37,114 bases of DNA, from the IMG/VR virus record IMGVR_UViG_3300029084_000052, positions 1 through 37,114 of that record, one strand, 5' to 3'. Position numbers and translations under genes: made by a program. The stretch's first letter is position 1, and each line of letters opens with the position of its first letter. The DNA is from a virus. Lineage: Duplodnaviria; Heunggongvirae; Uroviricota; Caudoviricetes. Under the pieces are notes generated by a model. The model worked only from the letters and a program-made list of their open reading frames with translations. It searched no databases and was not told where the DNA came from. Positions 1 through 10,765 of the stretch are shown here, piece after piece.

Positions 1-258
1 ATGCAAACCGTTATTTTTGGTCGTCCGGGTTGCCCTTACTGTGTGCGTGCAAAAGATCTGGCTGAGAAATTGAGCAATGAACGCGATGATTTTCAGTATC
101 AGTATGTTGATATTCGTGCGGAAGGGATCACTAAAGAAGATCTACAACAAAAGGCAGGTAAACCCGTAGAAACCGTGCCGCAGATTTTTGTCGATCAGCA
201 ACATATCGGCGGCTATACCGATTTTGCTGCATGGGTGAAAGAGAATCTGGACGCCTGA
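1..258 (+). CDS. grxA: Glutaredoxin 1
   Basis: 85-aa ORF with the CPYC active-site motif (GRPGCPYCVRAKDL); the sequence matches E. coli GrxA from memory. Confidence 0.9.
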   Translation: MQTVIFGRPGCPYCVRAKDLAEKLSNERDDFQYQYVDIRAEGITKEDLQQKAGKPVETVPQIFVDQQHIGGYTDFAAWVKENLDA

Positions 259-268
259 TCGTCTGACA

Positions 269-300
269 AGCCCTCACGTTGAGGGCTTTACTGATTTTTT
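269..300. terminator. Hairpin plus T-run between convergent grxA and ybjM, probable bidirectional terminator
   Basis: agccctc / gagggct stem with acgtt loop, followed by ttactgatttttt. Confidence 0.5.
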
Positions 301-665
301 CTGTGCTGTGGTTTAAACAAACTACTGATAAATAAGAAACACAGTGCCCCCAGCGCACACCAGAACACCGCACTTAATAACCATGCCAGCTCTTGCCAGA
401 ATGAGCGCGTCGGTGAAAAAAACAGCCGCATAATAAGCATTGAACAGGGTGCCGCCAGCATTGCGCCAAACAGAGGTTTCAGGACTTCTCTACGCTGTGA
501 AAAAAAGCTGGCAACTGCTCCAGGAAGAATGAAAAACAGCAAGCCGATTTCAGGATGCCCGGCAGCCCGAAAAGCGCCTTTCATGTGCGTTGCCAGAAAA
601 AGGCACACCACAATGAAGAGGACAAAACAGCAGATTGCCCCCGCCCAACGTTGTTTATGTTTCAC
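288..665 (-). CDS. ybjM: Inner membrane protein YbjM
   Basis: 125-aa hydrophobic ORF matching E. coli YbjM from memory; the start codon appears to be GTG. Confidence 0.8.
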   Translation of the reverse strand: MKHKQRWAGAICCFVLFIVVCLFLATHMKGAFRAAGHPEIGLLFFILPGAVASFFSQRREVLKPLFGAMLAAPCSMLIMRLFFSPTRSFWQELAWLLSAVFWCALGALCFLFISSLFKPQHRKNQ

Positions 666-934
666 TCGTTCCTCCTGACACTGCGTCTATCGAACACATT
701 TTTCGCCAGTGTGGCGTTCAGTAAGATAAAGCCGCTTCGCATTCCATGCTAATATAGGCCAACGCAATTCATATAGCCGTTGATACCTAATGTGATTACA
801 CTAGTAAAATATATTGTTACTTTACTATCGTTTAGGTGCGCTGAATGAATCTGCGCCCTGAATTCTGGTAAAAAACATTATCGTAAATTACCATTTCTTT
901 CAACAGCTTACTAGTAAACAAGAAGTTAGCCTCC

Positions 935-2620
935 GTGAATATAAACGTCGCCGAATTGTTAAATGGGAATTACATTCTGTTATTATTTGTGGTCCTCGCG
1001 CTTGGGCTATGTCTCGGAAAGTTACGACTTGGTTCGATCCAACTGGGTAATTCCATTGGCGTTTTAGTCGTATCGCTGTTATTAGGCCAACAACATTTCA
1101 GCATTAACACCGACGCGCTTAATCTTGGCTTTATGCTGTTTATTTTCTGCGTCGGGGTCGAAGCCGGACCGAACTTTTTTTCCATTTTTTTTCGCGATGG
1201 GAAAAATTACCTAATGTTAGCACTGGTGATGGTTGGCAGTGCGCTGGTGATCGCCTTAGGGTTAGGTAAGCTGTTTGGCTGGGATATTGGCCTGACGGCC
1301 GGTATGTTAGCAGGCTCTATGACGTCAACACCGGTTCTGGTCGGTGCTGGCGATACACTGCGTCATTCCGGCATGGAAAGCAGGCAGCTCTCACTGGCAC
1401 TGGATAATCTGAGCCTCGGGTATGCCTTAACCTATTTAATCGGTCTGGTGAGTTTGATTGTTGGTGCGCGTTACTTGCCGAAATTGCAGCATCAGGACTT
1501 ACAGACCAGCGCCCAGCAAATCGCCCGCGAACGTGGCCTGGACACTGATGCCAACCGTAAGGTTTATTTACCGGTGATCCGGGCCTACCGCGTCGGCCCG
1601 GAGCTGGTGGCCTGGACCGACGGCAAAAATCTGCGTGAACTGGGTATTTATCGACAAACTGGCTGTTACATTGAACGTATTCGGCGTAACGGGATTCTGG
1701 CAAATCCAGACGGTGATGCCGTACTACAAATGGGCGATGAAATAGCGTTGGTAGGCTATCCTGACGCCCACGCCCGACTCGATCCCAGTTTCCGTAATGG
1801 CAAAGAAGTTTTCGATCGTGACCTTCTCGACATGCGTATCGTCACTGAAGAAGTGGTCGTTAAAAACCATAACGCTGTTGGCAAACGCTTGGCACAACTG
1901 AAGTTGACCGATCACGGTTGCTTCCTTAACCGCGTCATTCGTAGCCAGATTGAGATGCCGATTGATGACAACGTCGTGCTTAACAAAGGTGACGTTTTAC
2001 AAGTCAGCGGCGATGCCCGTCGCGTAAAAACCATCGCCGATCGCATCGGCTTTATCTCGATTCACAGCCAGGTCACTGACTTGCTGGCATTCTGCGCCTT
2101 CTTTGTTATTGGGCTGATGATCGGGATGATCACCTTCCAGTTCAGCACATTCAGTTTCGGCATGGGGAACGCTGCCGGGTTGTTATTCGCCGGAATCATG
2201 CTGGGCTTTATGCGCGCGAACCACCCGACCTTCGGTTACATTCCGCAGGGTGCATTAAGCATGGTGAAGGAGTTCGGCTTGATGGTGTTTATGGCAGGCG
2301 TTGGTCTGAGCGCCGGTAGCGGTATTAATAACGGCCTGGGCGCAATTGGCGGTCAAATGTTGATTGCCGGATTGATTGTCAGTCTGGTGCCCGTGGTTAT
2401 CTGTTTCTTGTTCGGTGCTTATGTATTGCGAATGAACCGCGCACTGTTGTTCGGCGCAATGATGGGCGCACGCACCTGCGCGCCGGCAATGGAGATCATC
2501 AGTGATACAGCTCGCAGTAACATCCCGGCGCTGGGCTATGCGGGCACCTACGCAATCGCCAACGTCCTGCTGACGCTGGCAGGGACAATCATCGTCATGG
2601 TATGGCCAGGATTAGGATAA
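935..2620 (+). CDS. ybjL: Putative transport protein YbjL (AAE-family transporter with duplicated membrane domains and central TrkA-C-like domains)
   Basis: 561-aa ORF with GTG start and N- and C-terminal polytopic membrane regions; matches E. coli YbjL from memory. Confidence 0.85.
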
Positions 2621-2733
2621 AACTGAAGTTGCCCTGAAAATGAAATTTTTTTGCACAACCGCAGAACTTTTCCGCAGGGCATCAGTCTTAATTAGTGCCA
2701 CTGCTTTTCTTTGATGTCCCCATTTTGTGGAGC

Positions 2734-2776
2734 CCATCAACCCCGCCATTTCGGTTCAAGGTTGATGGGTTTTTTG
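2734..2776 (+). terminator. Stem-loop plus T-tract downstream of ybjL, at or near the left prophage junction
   Basis: cccatcaacc ... ggttgatggg stem followed by ttttttg on the plus strand. Confidence 0.4.
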
Positions 2777-2855
2777 TTGCCTGAAATTTAAGATGTTTAA
2801 AATCATGATGTTAGAAGCACTGTTTTTTAACGATGGCGACAAAATGGCGGCAGCG

Positions 2856-3074
2856 TCAAAGAGAGAGCGCCACCTGTCCTGATTTCATTGGATGCGGCTG
2901 AACTGGATTCGACTCTTTTGGTGTTGCAATCGAACGAACAAAAGTTTCATGGGTAACAAAAGTATGGCTGCAGTTAATGTTCTGGCACTGGTTATAACGC
3001 TCTTTGGTCAATGAAGATACCTGAAAACTGCTGCGAGTATGGGCGGCACTTCCACACAGTGGGCAAATCATCAT
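2856..3074 (-). CDS. ogr: Late-gene transcription activator, Ogr (P2) / B (186) family zinc-finger protein
   Basis: MMICPLCGSAAHTRSS...ERYNQCQNINCSHTF resembles P2 Ogr (CPLC ... C-x2-C-x3-NC); ATG chosen at the MMICPLCG position, giving about 72 aa. Confidence 0.8.
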   Translation of the reverse strand: MMICPLCGSAAHTRSSFQVSSLTKERYNQCQNINCSHTFVTHETFVRSIATPKESNPVQPHPMKSGQVALSL

Positions 3075-3164
3075 TTTTCGAGTTCTCCCCATTTTTGCTA
3101 AATTCACAACAATGATACCGTATTATTCCATTTTGCAAACTTAAAAGTTCTCCATTGCGAAGAA

Positions 3165-4265
3165 TCATTCCATTTCGAAATCATCAATCCTCACTTCAAG
3201 CTCCAGACTGGTCGTAAAACCGTTATCCGGGCTGACGGTATGTGTCAGGGTGGTAATGGTCCATTCCGCATCATCTATCGGCTGTTTAAAGCCGCTGACC
3301 TTCACAGGCATTTCCGTGTAGAGATCCGCCCGACCTTCCGCCAGTTGTAGCGAGAATGACGCAACACCGCGTTGCAGGCGTTCCCACTGCATTTTCGCTG
3401 CCCGTTCGGCGTTACTCCGATTAGCATAGGTGCGATTAAGTACCAGCACGTTTTCATCCGTCCCCACCAGGTAATCGCCCTGCTTCGCTTCCGGCTCTTT
3501 CTTCTGCTTCTTAGTCCTGCGCTTACGCTTCACCGTGGTGCTTTTTTTCTTCGCGGGTTCGCGGGTATGCAACCAGCTGGCTATTACACCCGTGTAAGCT
3601 CCGCGATCCGCCAGGGTAAAGCGGTGACTGTCGCCGTCCTTACGTGTGATAGTGATCACCGGTAGTGGTTTACCGCTGGCGCTTTTACCCTGTCCCTGCC
3701 GGATGAATAACAGATTGCCATTTTTCACCGACGCAATAGCACCGTACTGTCGCGCCAGCCGCATCAGAAAACTGCCGTCACTCTCATTAGTCTGGTCTAT
3801 ATGCTCCACGGGCTTATCCGACAGGTCTTTACCCAGTGCCATCTTCAGCTTGTGCCGCGCGGCTATTTCCTTCACCACTTCCCCGATGGTGGTGTTATGC
3901 CACGATTTTTCACGGCGGGTATTCAGCGTTTCACGAAAATCAGCACTTCGCGCCCGGATAGTCAGGCGGTCCGGTGCGCCAGTGTGTTCAATCTCGTCCA
4001 CCGTGAATGCCCCTTTCGGGAAAAGCGGCAGCCCCTTCCAGCCCAGCGCCAGCGTAATGACCGCACCACGGCGCGGCAGCACGATTTTTCCGTCGGCGTC
4101 GTCCAGCTCCAGATCAAGCTGGTCCGCTTCAAAGCCCCGATTGTCCGCCAGCGTCAGACTCATCAGACGGTTATCCAGCACAGTGGTGATATCCCTGCCC
4201 TCAATACTGATACTGAATGCCGGAGTTTTGTTGCCTTTGTTAAGCAGTTCAGAGCTGAAATTCAT
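3165..4265 (-). CDS. D: Tail protein D (late control gene D family)
   Basis: 366-aa ORF at the P2 gene D position; its start overlaps the gene U stop. Confidence 0.8.
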   Translation of the reverse strand: MNFSSELLNKGNKTPAFSISIEGRDITTVLDNRLMSLTLADNRGFEADQLDLELDDADGKIVLPRRGAVITLALGWKGLPLFPKGAFTVDEIEHTGAPDRLTIRARSADFRETLNTRREKSWHNTTIGEVVKEIAARHKLKMALGKDLSDKPVEHIDQTNESDGSFLMRLARQYGAIASVKNGNLLFIRQGQGKSASGKPLPVITITRKDGDSHRFTLADRGAYTGVIASWLHTREPAKKKSTTVKRKRRTKKQKKEPEAKQGDYLVGTDENVLVLNRTYANRSNAERAAKMQWERLQRGVASFSLQLAEGRADLYTEMPVKVSGFKQPIDDAEWTITTLTHTVSPDNGFTTSLELEVRIDDFEME

Positions 4266-4747
4266 GACAGCAGCCCTCCCACCGTTTTACTGATATCGCT
4301 TAAGGCAGATGTTGCCATGTCCTGCAGATTATTCAGCTGCGCACTGAGATCACCAAACATATCGGACAGGGATTCATCCACCCGTTTGAGCGACAGGGTG
4401 AACTCAATCCGGCGCGGCATACCGTCGCGGAAAAACTCCGTTTTGGTCTGATTCAGTCCCTCAATCACATACATGCCGTAAATCGTGCCGCTGCCTTCAA
4501 TCAGGGGCCATGCTTTCCCCTGTTCTGCCATCTGCTCCAGTGCCAGCAATGACAACCTGCCGCCTGTTATCTCCGGCATAAGAACACCAGAAAGCGTCAG
4601 CATGTCGTTGTCCGGTCCCAGAAACTGCGTGGATGGACGACGATTTATCCGACTGTTAGCCGCATGTCGCCAGCTGCGCTGATACTGCAGTTCCTGATAC
4701 GGCACGGTGCGCAGCATAAACACGTACAATCCCAGCACCATCATCAT
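4262..4747 (-). CDS. U: Tail protein U
   Basis: 161-aa ORF at the P2 gpU position, coupled to T and D. Confidence 0.8.
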   Translation of the reverse strand: MMMVLGLYVFMLRTVPYQELQYQRSWRHAANSRINRRPSTQFLGPDNDMLTLSGVLMPEITGGRLSLLALEQMAEQGKAWPLIEGSGTIYGMYVIEGLNQTKTEFFRDGMPRRIEFTLSLKRVDESLSDMFGDLSAQLNNLQDMATSALSDISKTVGGLLS

Positions 4748-7700
4748 GCGTCGTATCCCCCCTGATCGCTGTAGTTACTCCTGGCTTTTGCCTTCAGCCT
4801 GCGTTCACGTTCATCAAGCTGGCGGGCCACCTCCCGTGCAATATCCTGCGCACTTTGTCCTGGCTGCGTCTGGATGATGATCTGCGTTGGTGCCTCAATC
4901 TGGTAAACGGGCGGCACAGTGACTGCGCGACTCACCATCGCTTCACCGCCTTTCGCGGGAAGCGCCAAAGGATGCAACGGTGGAAACTCTGCTGGCGCGG
5001 CAGCAACGCCCATCATTCCGGCGACAACCGCAGCCAGTGCAGCGGTATTTCTCCGGCTGGTCACGTTTGCCGGGCCATTGACAATTTCAGGCCCGTTTTC
5101 ACCGACAATGCCAAACTGCCCGCGCGGGATATAGCCGCCGCGGTCATACATCCCCGCAAAGCCATATCCCCATGATGGAAAACCACCCGATGACATCATC
5201 ACTTTACCGTCTGCATTCACCGTCACAGGTTGCTGACGCGTCACGCTTTCCGGCAGTTTTGCCTTTGCGGCCTCTTTACTGACAATGCCAAGTTTCTCCA
5301 GTAACCAGGAAACACCGGATTTCAGGGAGTCCAGCGGATGCATAACCATATTCAGCCCTTCCGCCAGTGCCTCCCCGAATCGTCGCCCCATTGCCGCTGC
5401 GCTCTGCAGTTCGGCAGAGGTCGACTTAACGGGCGTCAGCAGATCAGTAAACCAGCCCCACAGCGCCTGTACTTTATCGCCAATCCACTGAAATACAGGC
5501 TTAAGTGGTTCGAATGCTGCACTGACGGGACCAGCCGCCGCTTTGAATCCTTCCACCACGCCACCGAGAAATGCGGTGATGGGTTGCCAGTATTTCCAGA
5601 CAACCAGCGCCACGCCCGCCAGTGCAGTAACCACAAGACCTATCGGACTGAGCAGAGCACCTAACAGACCAGATATGGCATACAGGGCAACGCGCAGCAT
5701 CGCCAGTGGACCAGATGCCAGTACTCGCAGCACCGTGCCTGCGGCGGCCAGTCCACCGCGCAGTACCGCCAGAGGATTCATAAACATCACAGCAACAGCA
5801 CGTAAACCGGATAATCCAGACCGCAAAAGTGCAACCGGCGCACCTGCTACAGTTTTCAGGACATTTCCCGTCAGTGATGCCGTGCGGCGCAAAGACGACA
5901 ACGGCGCAGTAAGTAAACCTGCGGCGTTGCCCGATGAAGCAAGCCCGCGTCGCAGCAGTGCCAGTGGTGCGCCAGCCAGCCAGGATAACGCGCTGCTGGT
6001 TCGAGTTACTGCTGCCGTAACGGAAGATAACGTTTTGATACCCAACACAGAGAATCCCAGACGGATCACTGCCAGCGGCCCCAGCACTGCAGCCAGCGCC
6101 ACCGCTAAGGTGCCGAGGCCGACGGTAACCGCAGCCACAACAGCCGATGCTTTCATCAGTGTGCCTGTCAGTTCCGGGTTAGCTTCCACCCAGCGACGCA
6201 ACGCCCCCGTGACGCTTTTCACCGTGTACAGAATATCCATCAGCGGCTGGCGCAGCGTTTCGCCCAGGCTGCTGAAGGTGTTCTGCGCTCCGGTTTTGAC
6301 CAGCAACCACTGCGCAGAAAGTGAATCCTTGTTAATGTCGGATTCTTTCTGCATGGAGCCGAGCGCATCATTGCCCGCTGTCAGTTTTAACTGACGCTGC
6401 AGTTCCGGCAGGTTGTTTGCCAGTTTCGCCGCGTCATCGCCAAACTCTTTACCAAACAACATAGTCATGGCAGACAGGCGCTTGTCCTGCGGCAGCGCGT
6501 TTACCTTCTCCAGCACGCGCTGGATGGTTCCCATCGCATCCTTCGTCATCTGCTTTTCAATCACTTCAGGATTGAGTTTCAGCAGATTCATCCCTTCAAA
6601 GAAACTCTTGCTTTGCATGGTGGCAATGGACAATTCACGCACCATCGCGTTTGCTGCACTGGCTGCAACCTCTGGCGCAGCGCCCAGTGTCAGGAAGGTG
6701 GAACCCAGCGCCGCCGCTTTACGATAATCCAGACGGTCAGCCACACCGCCCAGACGTTGCATCACATCAATGATGTCTGCCCCTTTCGACATGGCGTTAT
6801 CATCCAGATAGTTCAGCGCATCACCGAGCTGTTCAATATTGCGGGTGGGGATTTTGTAGAGCTGGGCGATTTTCCCCAGACTTTCTGACAGTTCATCCGC
6901 TGGCAGCTCAAAGGCTGTTGCCGCCTTTGCTGCCGTACTGGCGAAGGCCAGCAGGTCACGTTTCTGATCTTCCCAGCTGTCGTCAGGGTTTGCGACGTTC
7001 ATGCGCGCACCACCTTCAACCAGTGCAGCGAAGTCCACCGCACCGTTTTCCATCGGCAACTGTTCGCTGGCAGCCTTGATGGCATCCTGCATTTCATAAA
7101 AACGTGCAGTGCGGTTGCCATTATCGTCACGCAGACCATTGACCTGCTTTGCCACACCTTTCATGGCATCTTCCATGCTGGTATAGCTTTTTACTGCCGC
7201 CATCACTGGCGCACCCATTGCCAGCCCTGCAGCCGTGGTGGTGGCTCCGGCACCTGCAATACGATCACGCACCTCCAGCGAACGGGCATAACTGGCACGC
7301 GCTGCATTCATCCTGCGCTGAGCTTCCCCCAGTCGCTTCAGCCGCGCCTCCTGTTTCGAAAGTTCCTGGTTATAACGTGATGTTTCACGGGCTAAACGGG
7401 CAGTTGCTCCCGCATCGTCTTTCGCAGAAATTCCCGCCCGGTACAGTTCAGCACGCACAAGCGCCGTCTGCTGCTGCAGCTTTTTCTGGCGTTCTTCCAG
7501 GCGCTGAACAGCCAGCCGTTGACGGCCCAGAGCAACAACCTGACGTTGCGAAGGCGGCCCCATCGCTCCCAGTTCCTGACTGAGCAAATTTGCACGCTGG
7601 CGGGCATAGTTCAGCCTGTCGCCTAATTTCTGATTTTCTGCCTGCAGCTTTCGGAAGCTGTCCAGACTGCTCCCGGCCTGATCAAGCTGCTTTATTGCAT

Positions 7701-7821
7701 CGCGGGATTTTTTGACAGCAGCAGCCAGTTCTCTTGAACTGGCCTGCGCAGATCGAAATGGACGGGTGAGCTTGTCAACCGCATTAAGAATGACCTGCAG
7801 ACGCAGGTTGTTATCACTCAT
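4744..7821 (-). CDS. T: Tail tape measure protein
   Basis: 1025-aa ORF with coiled-coil N-terminal half and Ala/Gly-rich hydrophobic C-terminal half at the gpT position; its ATG overlaps the E' stop. Confidence 0.85.
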   Translation of the reverse strand: MSDNNLRLQVILNAVDKLTRPFRSAQASSRELAAAVKKSRDAIKQLDQAGSSLDSFRKLQAENQKLGDRLNYARQRANLLSQELGAMGPPSQRQVVALGRQRLAVQRLEERQKKLQQQTALVRAELYRAGISAKDDAGATARLARETSRYNQELSKQEARLKRLGEAQRRMNAARASYARSLEVRDRIAGAGATTTAAGLAMGAPVMAAVKSYTSMEDAMKGVAKQVNGLRDDNGNRTARFYEMQDAIKAASEQLPMENGAVDFAALVEGGARMNVANPDDSWEDQKRDLLAFASTAAKAATAFELPADELSESLGKIAQLYKIPTRNIEQLGDALNYLDDNAMSKGADIIDVMQRLGGVADRLDYRKAAALGSTFLTLGAAPEVAASAANAMVRELSIATMQSKSFFEGMNLLKLNPEVIEKQMTKDAMGTIQRVLEKVNALPQDKRLSAMTMLFGKEFGDDAAKLANNLPELQRQLKLTAGNDALGSMQKESDINKDSLSAQWLLVKTGAQNTFSSLGETLRQPLMDILYTVKSVTGALRRWVEANPELTGTLMKASAVVAAVTVGLGTLAVALAAVLGPLAVIRLGFSVLGIKTLSSVTAAVTRTSSALSWLAGAPLALLRRGLASSGNAAGLLTAPLSSLRRTASLTGNVLKTVAGAPVALLRSGLSGLRAVAVMFMNPLAVLRGGLAAAGTVLRVLASGPLAMLRVALYAISGLLGALLSPIGLVVTALAGVALVVWKYWQPITAFLGGVVEGFKAAAGPVSAAFEPLKPVFQWIGDKVQALWGWFTDLLTPVKSTSAELQSAAAMGRRFGEALAEGLNMVMHPLDSLKSGVSWLLEKLGIVSKEAAKAKLPESVTRQQPVTVNADGKVMMSSGGFPSWGYGFAGMYDRGGYIPRGQFGIVGENGPEIVNGPANVTSRRNTAALAAVVAGMMGVAAAPAEFPPLHPLALPAKGGEAMVSRAVTVPPVYQIEAPTQIIIQTQPGQSAQDIAREVARQLDERERRLKAKARSNYSDQGGYDA

Positions 7822-7947
7822 CGTTGGCCCCGCTTCTCTGAATCGCTTTATACCGCCATTCCAGCACTTCGGTCAGCGGCATAACGTCAGTAACGGATGG
7901 CGGCCAGTGAAAAATGGTGGCGATATCTGCCACCAGATCGTCAACCG

Positions 7948-8250
7948 TCAGGCTGTCGGTAAACCGGCAAGCACCGACTTCTTCAACAAAAAAGTGACAA
8001 CCTCAACCGACATGGCTGTGAGATCTGCCGGGTCCATCTCTGCAATTTCCTGTGCAGTCAGTGCCGGACTGGAGATGCGGGGGATCACGGTCATCATCGC
8101 GTTTACATCCATATCCATAATGGCCTGCAGGCGTGTACCGCGCAGCGCACCGGACTGCGGTTTACGCAGCACAATTTCGGTGATTTCTGTTTTACCGCGC
8201 TTGATGGGGGTATCCAGTTGAATGGTCTTTTCAGTCTGCTTATCGCTCAT
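7948..8250 (-). CDS. E: Tail assembly chaperone E; the zero-frame product of an E / E+E' frameshift pair whose -1 product would extend to 7814
   Basis: 100-aa ORF ending ...VEVVTFLLKKSVLAGLPTA; a TTTTTTG heptamer sits inside and the -1 frame stays open to a TGA at 7814..7816. Confidence 0.8.
   Translation of the reverse strand: MSDKQTEKTIQLDTPIKRGKTEITEIVLRKPQSGALRGTRLQAIMDMDVNAMMTVIPRISSPALTAQEIAEMDPADLTAMSVEVVTFLLKKSVLAGLPTA
7987..7993 (-). other. Programmed -1 ribosomal frameshift slippery site (T TTT TTG on the coding strand)
   Basis: Plus-strand CAAAAAA; by manual translation the -1 frame downstream reads FFVEEVGACRFTDSLTVDDLVADIATIFHWPPSVTDVMPLTEVLEWRYKAIQRSGANDE-stop. Confidence 0.7.
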
Positions 8251-8304
8251 TTTGCTGTCCTGTCAATTGGGTTCTGGCGCGGTATCCCGCGCCGTTCAGA
8301 TATA

Positions 8305-8820
8305 TCAGAGGCCGAGGGCGTTGCGGTGCGCTTCCATCAGGTCCACACCGTCCACAATTTCCACCATGTTGATAAGGTCCACTTCATAGAGCACCTCACC
8401 ATTGATGGTCAGCTTCGCGTAGCTGTTGGTACTGGTCACTTTGGTGGTGTTGCTTTCGCCCGTCTTCCACTCGCCGGAATCCACTTCTTTGTGACGTCCA
8501 CGCACGACAAGCTCCACGGCCTGCACTTCCCCGGTATCGTCACGCTGAATAGAGCCGGTAAAGCGCAGCTGGATGCCATCCACCGTGGCTTTACCCATCT
8601 GTTTAAACAGCAGCAATTCAGTACCACCAATGGAAAATTCTGTGTCCAGCGCACTGTCATCAAGCCCCAGATCCACATCCACCGCACCCGGCATTCCGCC
8701 GCCGCGATACTTCTCATATTTGCGGGTAAATTTCGGCAGCGTCAGCGACTCAACGATCCCCTGCCAGTTGTTCCCGTCGTTAAACAGGTTCAGGTGTTTT
8801 AATTTGCGTGGTAAAGCCAT
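8305..8820 (-). CDS. FII: Major tail tube protein FII
   Basis: 171-aa ORF at the P2 FII position, directly downstream of FI. Confidence 0.85.
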   Translation of the reverse strand: MALPRKLKHLNLFNDGNNWQGIVESLTLPKFTRKYEKYRGGGMPGAVDVDLGLDDSALDTEFSIGGTELLLFKQMGKATVDGIQLRFTGSIQRDDTGEVQAVELVVRGRHKEVDSGEWKTGESNTTKVTSTNSYAKLTINGEVLYEVDLINMVEIVDGVDLMEAHRNALGL

Positions 8821-8829
8821 GTTGTCCCC

Positions 8830-10002
8830 TTACGCGCTGACCTGGCTGGCGAAATTCACCAGGTACTGATCGGTGATGCGCTGACGCAGCATCAGGTTTT
8901 CAAGTGGCGGCACTGGCGTGTAGTCGTAGTCGATGGTGAGTTTTCCGGCTTTCAGCGTGTCTTTGTCGTTCACCGACTCATCCAGCCAGCAATCACCACC
9001 AATGAGATAGCCCTGACTGACCAGGCTGCGCATTTTGGCGCGGATACCTTCGATAATGTCGCGGGCCAGCGACGGGTTAAGCGGTTTATCCACCGCCCAC
9101 ATGTGTGCTTCTGCCATCGTGTCCATCAGCACCTGCGCCGTGCGGGTGTAGTTTTCGAAGGCAAAGAGCGGGTCATCACTCAGGCAGCGGGACCCCCAGA
9201 AGCGGAAACCGTCTTTACGCACAAGCGTGGTGACGTCGTTCTGGTTCAGCAGACCTGCATCGGTTGCCGGGTCCTGCAGATCCCAGAACACATCTGCAGA
9301 AATTCCGGTGACACCGTTCACGCCCACGTTGGAAAGGCTTTTGTGCCATCCGGTCTGCTCGTCAATTTTGGCGCGCAGACCAAGTGCACGGGCGGTGGCA
9401 TATGCCGTTGCTTCGGCATTCAGCACCGTGTCCCAGCCAGTAAAGTCAGGCCAGATCAGCATCCCTTCGCGCTGGCTGAAGTTTTCGCGGTAAGTGATCG
9501 CCTCCTGCACTGTCTTGCAGCCATACGCTGACAGGTAAGCAAATCCACGCAGGCTTTGCGCCACGCTCAGCAACTCAGTAGCTACCGCCTTGGTGTCGTG
9601 GCCTGGCACGCCGAGAATGCGCGGTTTAACGCCGAGCTGTGACTGGGCAGATAACAGGGCTTTCATACCTGTTTTTTTACCTTCAGCAGTCACTGCGCCG
9701 ATGATATTGGTCGTGGTTTCGTCTTCCGTTTCACCCTGCGGCACACGCACAACAATGGTCACGGGTTTTGCCTGGTCAGCGATGGCATCCAGCGAACGGG
9801 CCAGAGTACCTGACTCACCCGCTTTACCGCTGGCAGTCAGCACATCAGTGATCAGCACGGGTTTATTAAGAGGAAACATTTTTGCATCGGCATCATCGCC
9901 CGTGCAGACCATACCCACGATGGCGGTGCTCACCGTGGTAATAGATCGGGTGCCTTCGTTGACTTCAACAACGCGCACCCCGTGGTGGTAATCCTGAGCC
10001 AT
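8830..10002 (-). CDS. FI: Contractile tail sheath protein FI
   Basis: 390-aa ORF at the P2 FI position and of matching length. Confidence 0.85.
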   Translation of the reverse strand: MAQDYHHGVRVVEVNEGTRSITTVSTAIVGMVCTGDDADAKMFPLNKPVLITDVLTASGKAGESGTLARSLDAIADQAKPVTIVVRVPQGETEDETTTNIIGAVTAEGKKTGMKALLSAQSQLGVKPRILGVPGHDTKAVATELLSVAQSLRGFAYLSAYGCKTVQEAITYRENFSQREGMLIWPDFTGWDTVLNAEATAYATARALGLRAKIDEQTGWHKSLSNVGVNGVTGISADVFWDLQDPATDAGLLNQNDVTTLVRKDGFRFWGSRCLSDDPLFAFENYTRTAQVLMDTMAEAHMWAVDKPLNPSLARDIIEGIRAKMRSLVSQGYLIGGDCWLDESVNDKDTLKAGKLTIDYDYTPVPPLENLMLRQRITDQYLVNFASQVSA

Positions 10003-10078
10003 AGTGGCGAACCTCCTGATTGGATTAGGCTTCGCCCTATGTTGAAGTGATTGTGCCTGACAAACAGCTAAGCGCAGT

Positions 10079-10096
10079 TGTGTCGTTATTCACACA
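10079..10096 (-). promoter_or_regulatory. TGT-N12-ACA element upstream of FI, candidate Ogr-dependent late promoter (PF-like)
   Basis: TGTgtcgttattcacACA about 85 bp upstream of the FI start codon. Confidence 0.45.
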
Positions 10097-10144
10097 AAAT
10101 AACGGTATTTGTCTGCTTGCAGGGATAATCAACATAATGCTGAT

Positions 10145-10711
10145 TCAGGGGGATTCATTGATCTTATTTGCCGGAAATTTTCTATAAATGGTAGAAACGC
10201 CTACATCAAAAATCAGTGCAATACGCTGTATTGATTCTCCGGCCTCGAGTAAACGCCCAATCTGTGCCCACTGTTCGGTGGTCAACTTAGGACGGCGTCC
10301 ACCTACTCTGCCTTTGGCACGAGCTGCAGCCAGCCCTGCCCTGGTACGTTCAACTATCAGTTCGCGTTCCATTTCAGCCAGGGCACCCATGACATGAAAA
10401 AAGAAACGGCCCATTGGGGTACTGGTATCAATACTGTCAGTCAGGCTTCTGAAATTCACACCACGCTGGCGCAACTCTTCTATCAGCGTAACAAGATGCC
10501 GCATACTGCGCCCCAACCTGTCCAGCTTCCAGACAACCAGCGTGTCTCCTGCCGATAGTGTCCTGAGCAGTTTTTTCAGCCCCGGTCTGTCGGACTTAGT
10601 GCCACTGATTTTGTCCTCAAAAATCCGCTCACATCCCGCGCAGTTCAGTGCATTTCGTTGCAAATCGGTGTTCTGGTCATTTGTTGACACGCGTACATAG
10701 CCAATAAGCAT
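10145..10711 (-). CDS. Site-specific DNA invertase, serine recombinase of the Pin/Gin/Hin/Cin family
   Basis: MLIGYVRVSTNDQNTDLQRNAL...LVVWKLDRLGRSM...GRFFFHVMGALAEMERELIVERT is near-identical in pattern to e14 Pin and Hin from memory; start set at the second ATG after a GGGGG Shine-Dalgarno. Confidence 0.85.
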   Translation of the reverse strand: MLIGYVRVSTNDQNTDLQRNALNCAGCERIFEDKISGTKSDRPGLKKLLRTLSAGDTLVVWKLDRLGRSMRHLVTLIEELRQRGVNFRSLTDSIDTSTPMGRFFFHVMGALAEMERELIVERTRAGLAAARAKGRVGGRRPKLTTEQWAQIGRLLEAGESIQRIALIFDVGVSTIYRKFPANKINESP

Positions 10712-10765
10712 GATCATCCCCCTGAATAAAAACCGGAGATGATGCCAGTTAGCTGTTACCTCTGC

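Noticed and set aside
5543-6394. 283-aa plus-strand ORF, and several other ORFs, antisense to the tape measure gene T
   Set aside because: They lie entirely inside a well-supported long gene on the opposite strand and have biased Ala/Pro/Arg-rich composition typical of antisense frames; no independent start or Shine-Dalgarno context.
8276-8293. GC hairpin (ggcgcgg tatc ccgcgcc) between FII and E
   Set aside because: No U-tract follows on the transcribed strand, so not called a terminator; it may be an RNA structure affecting E translation, but there is no evidence.
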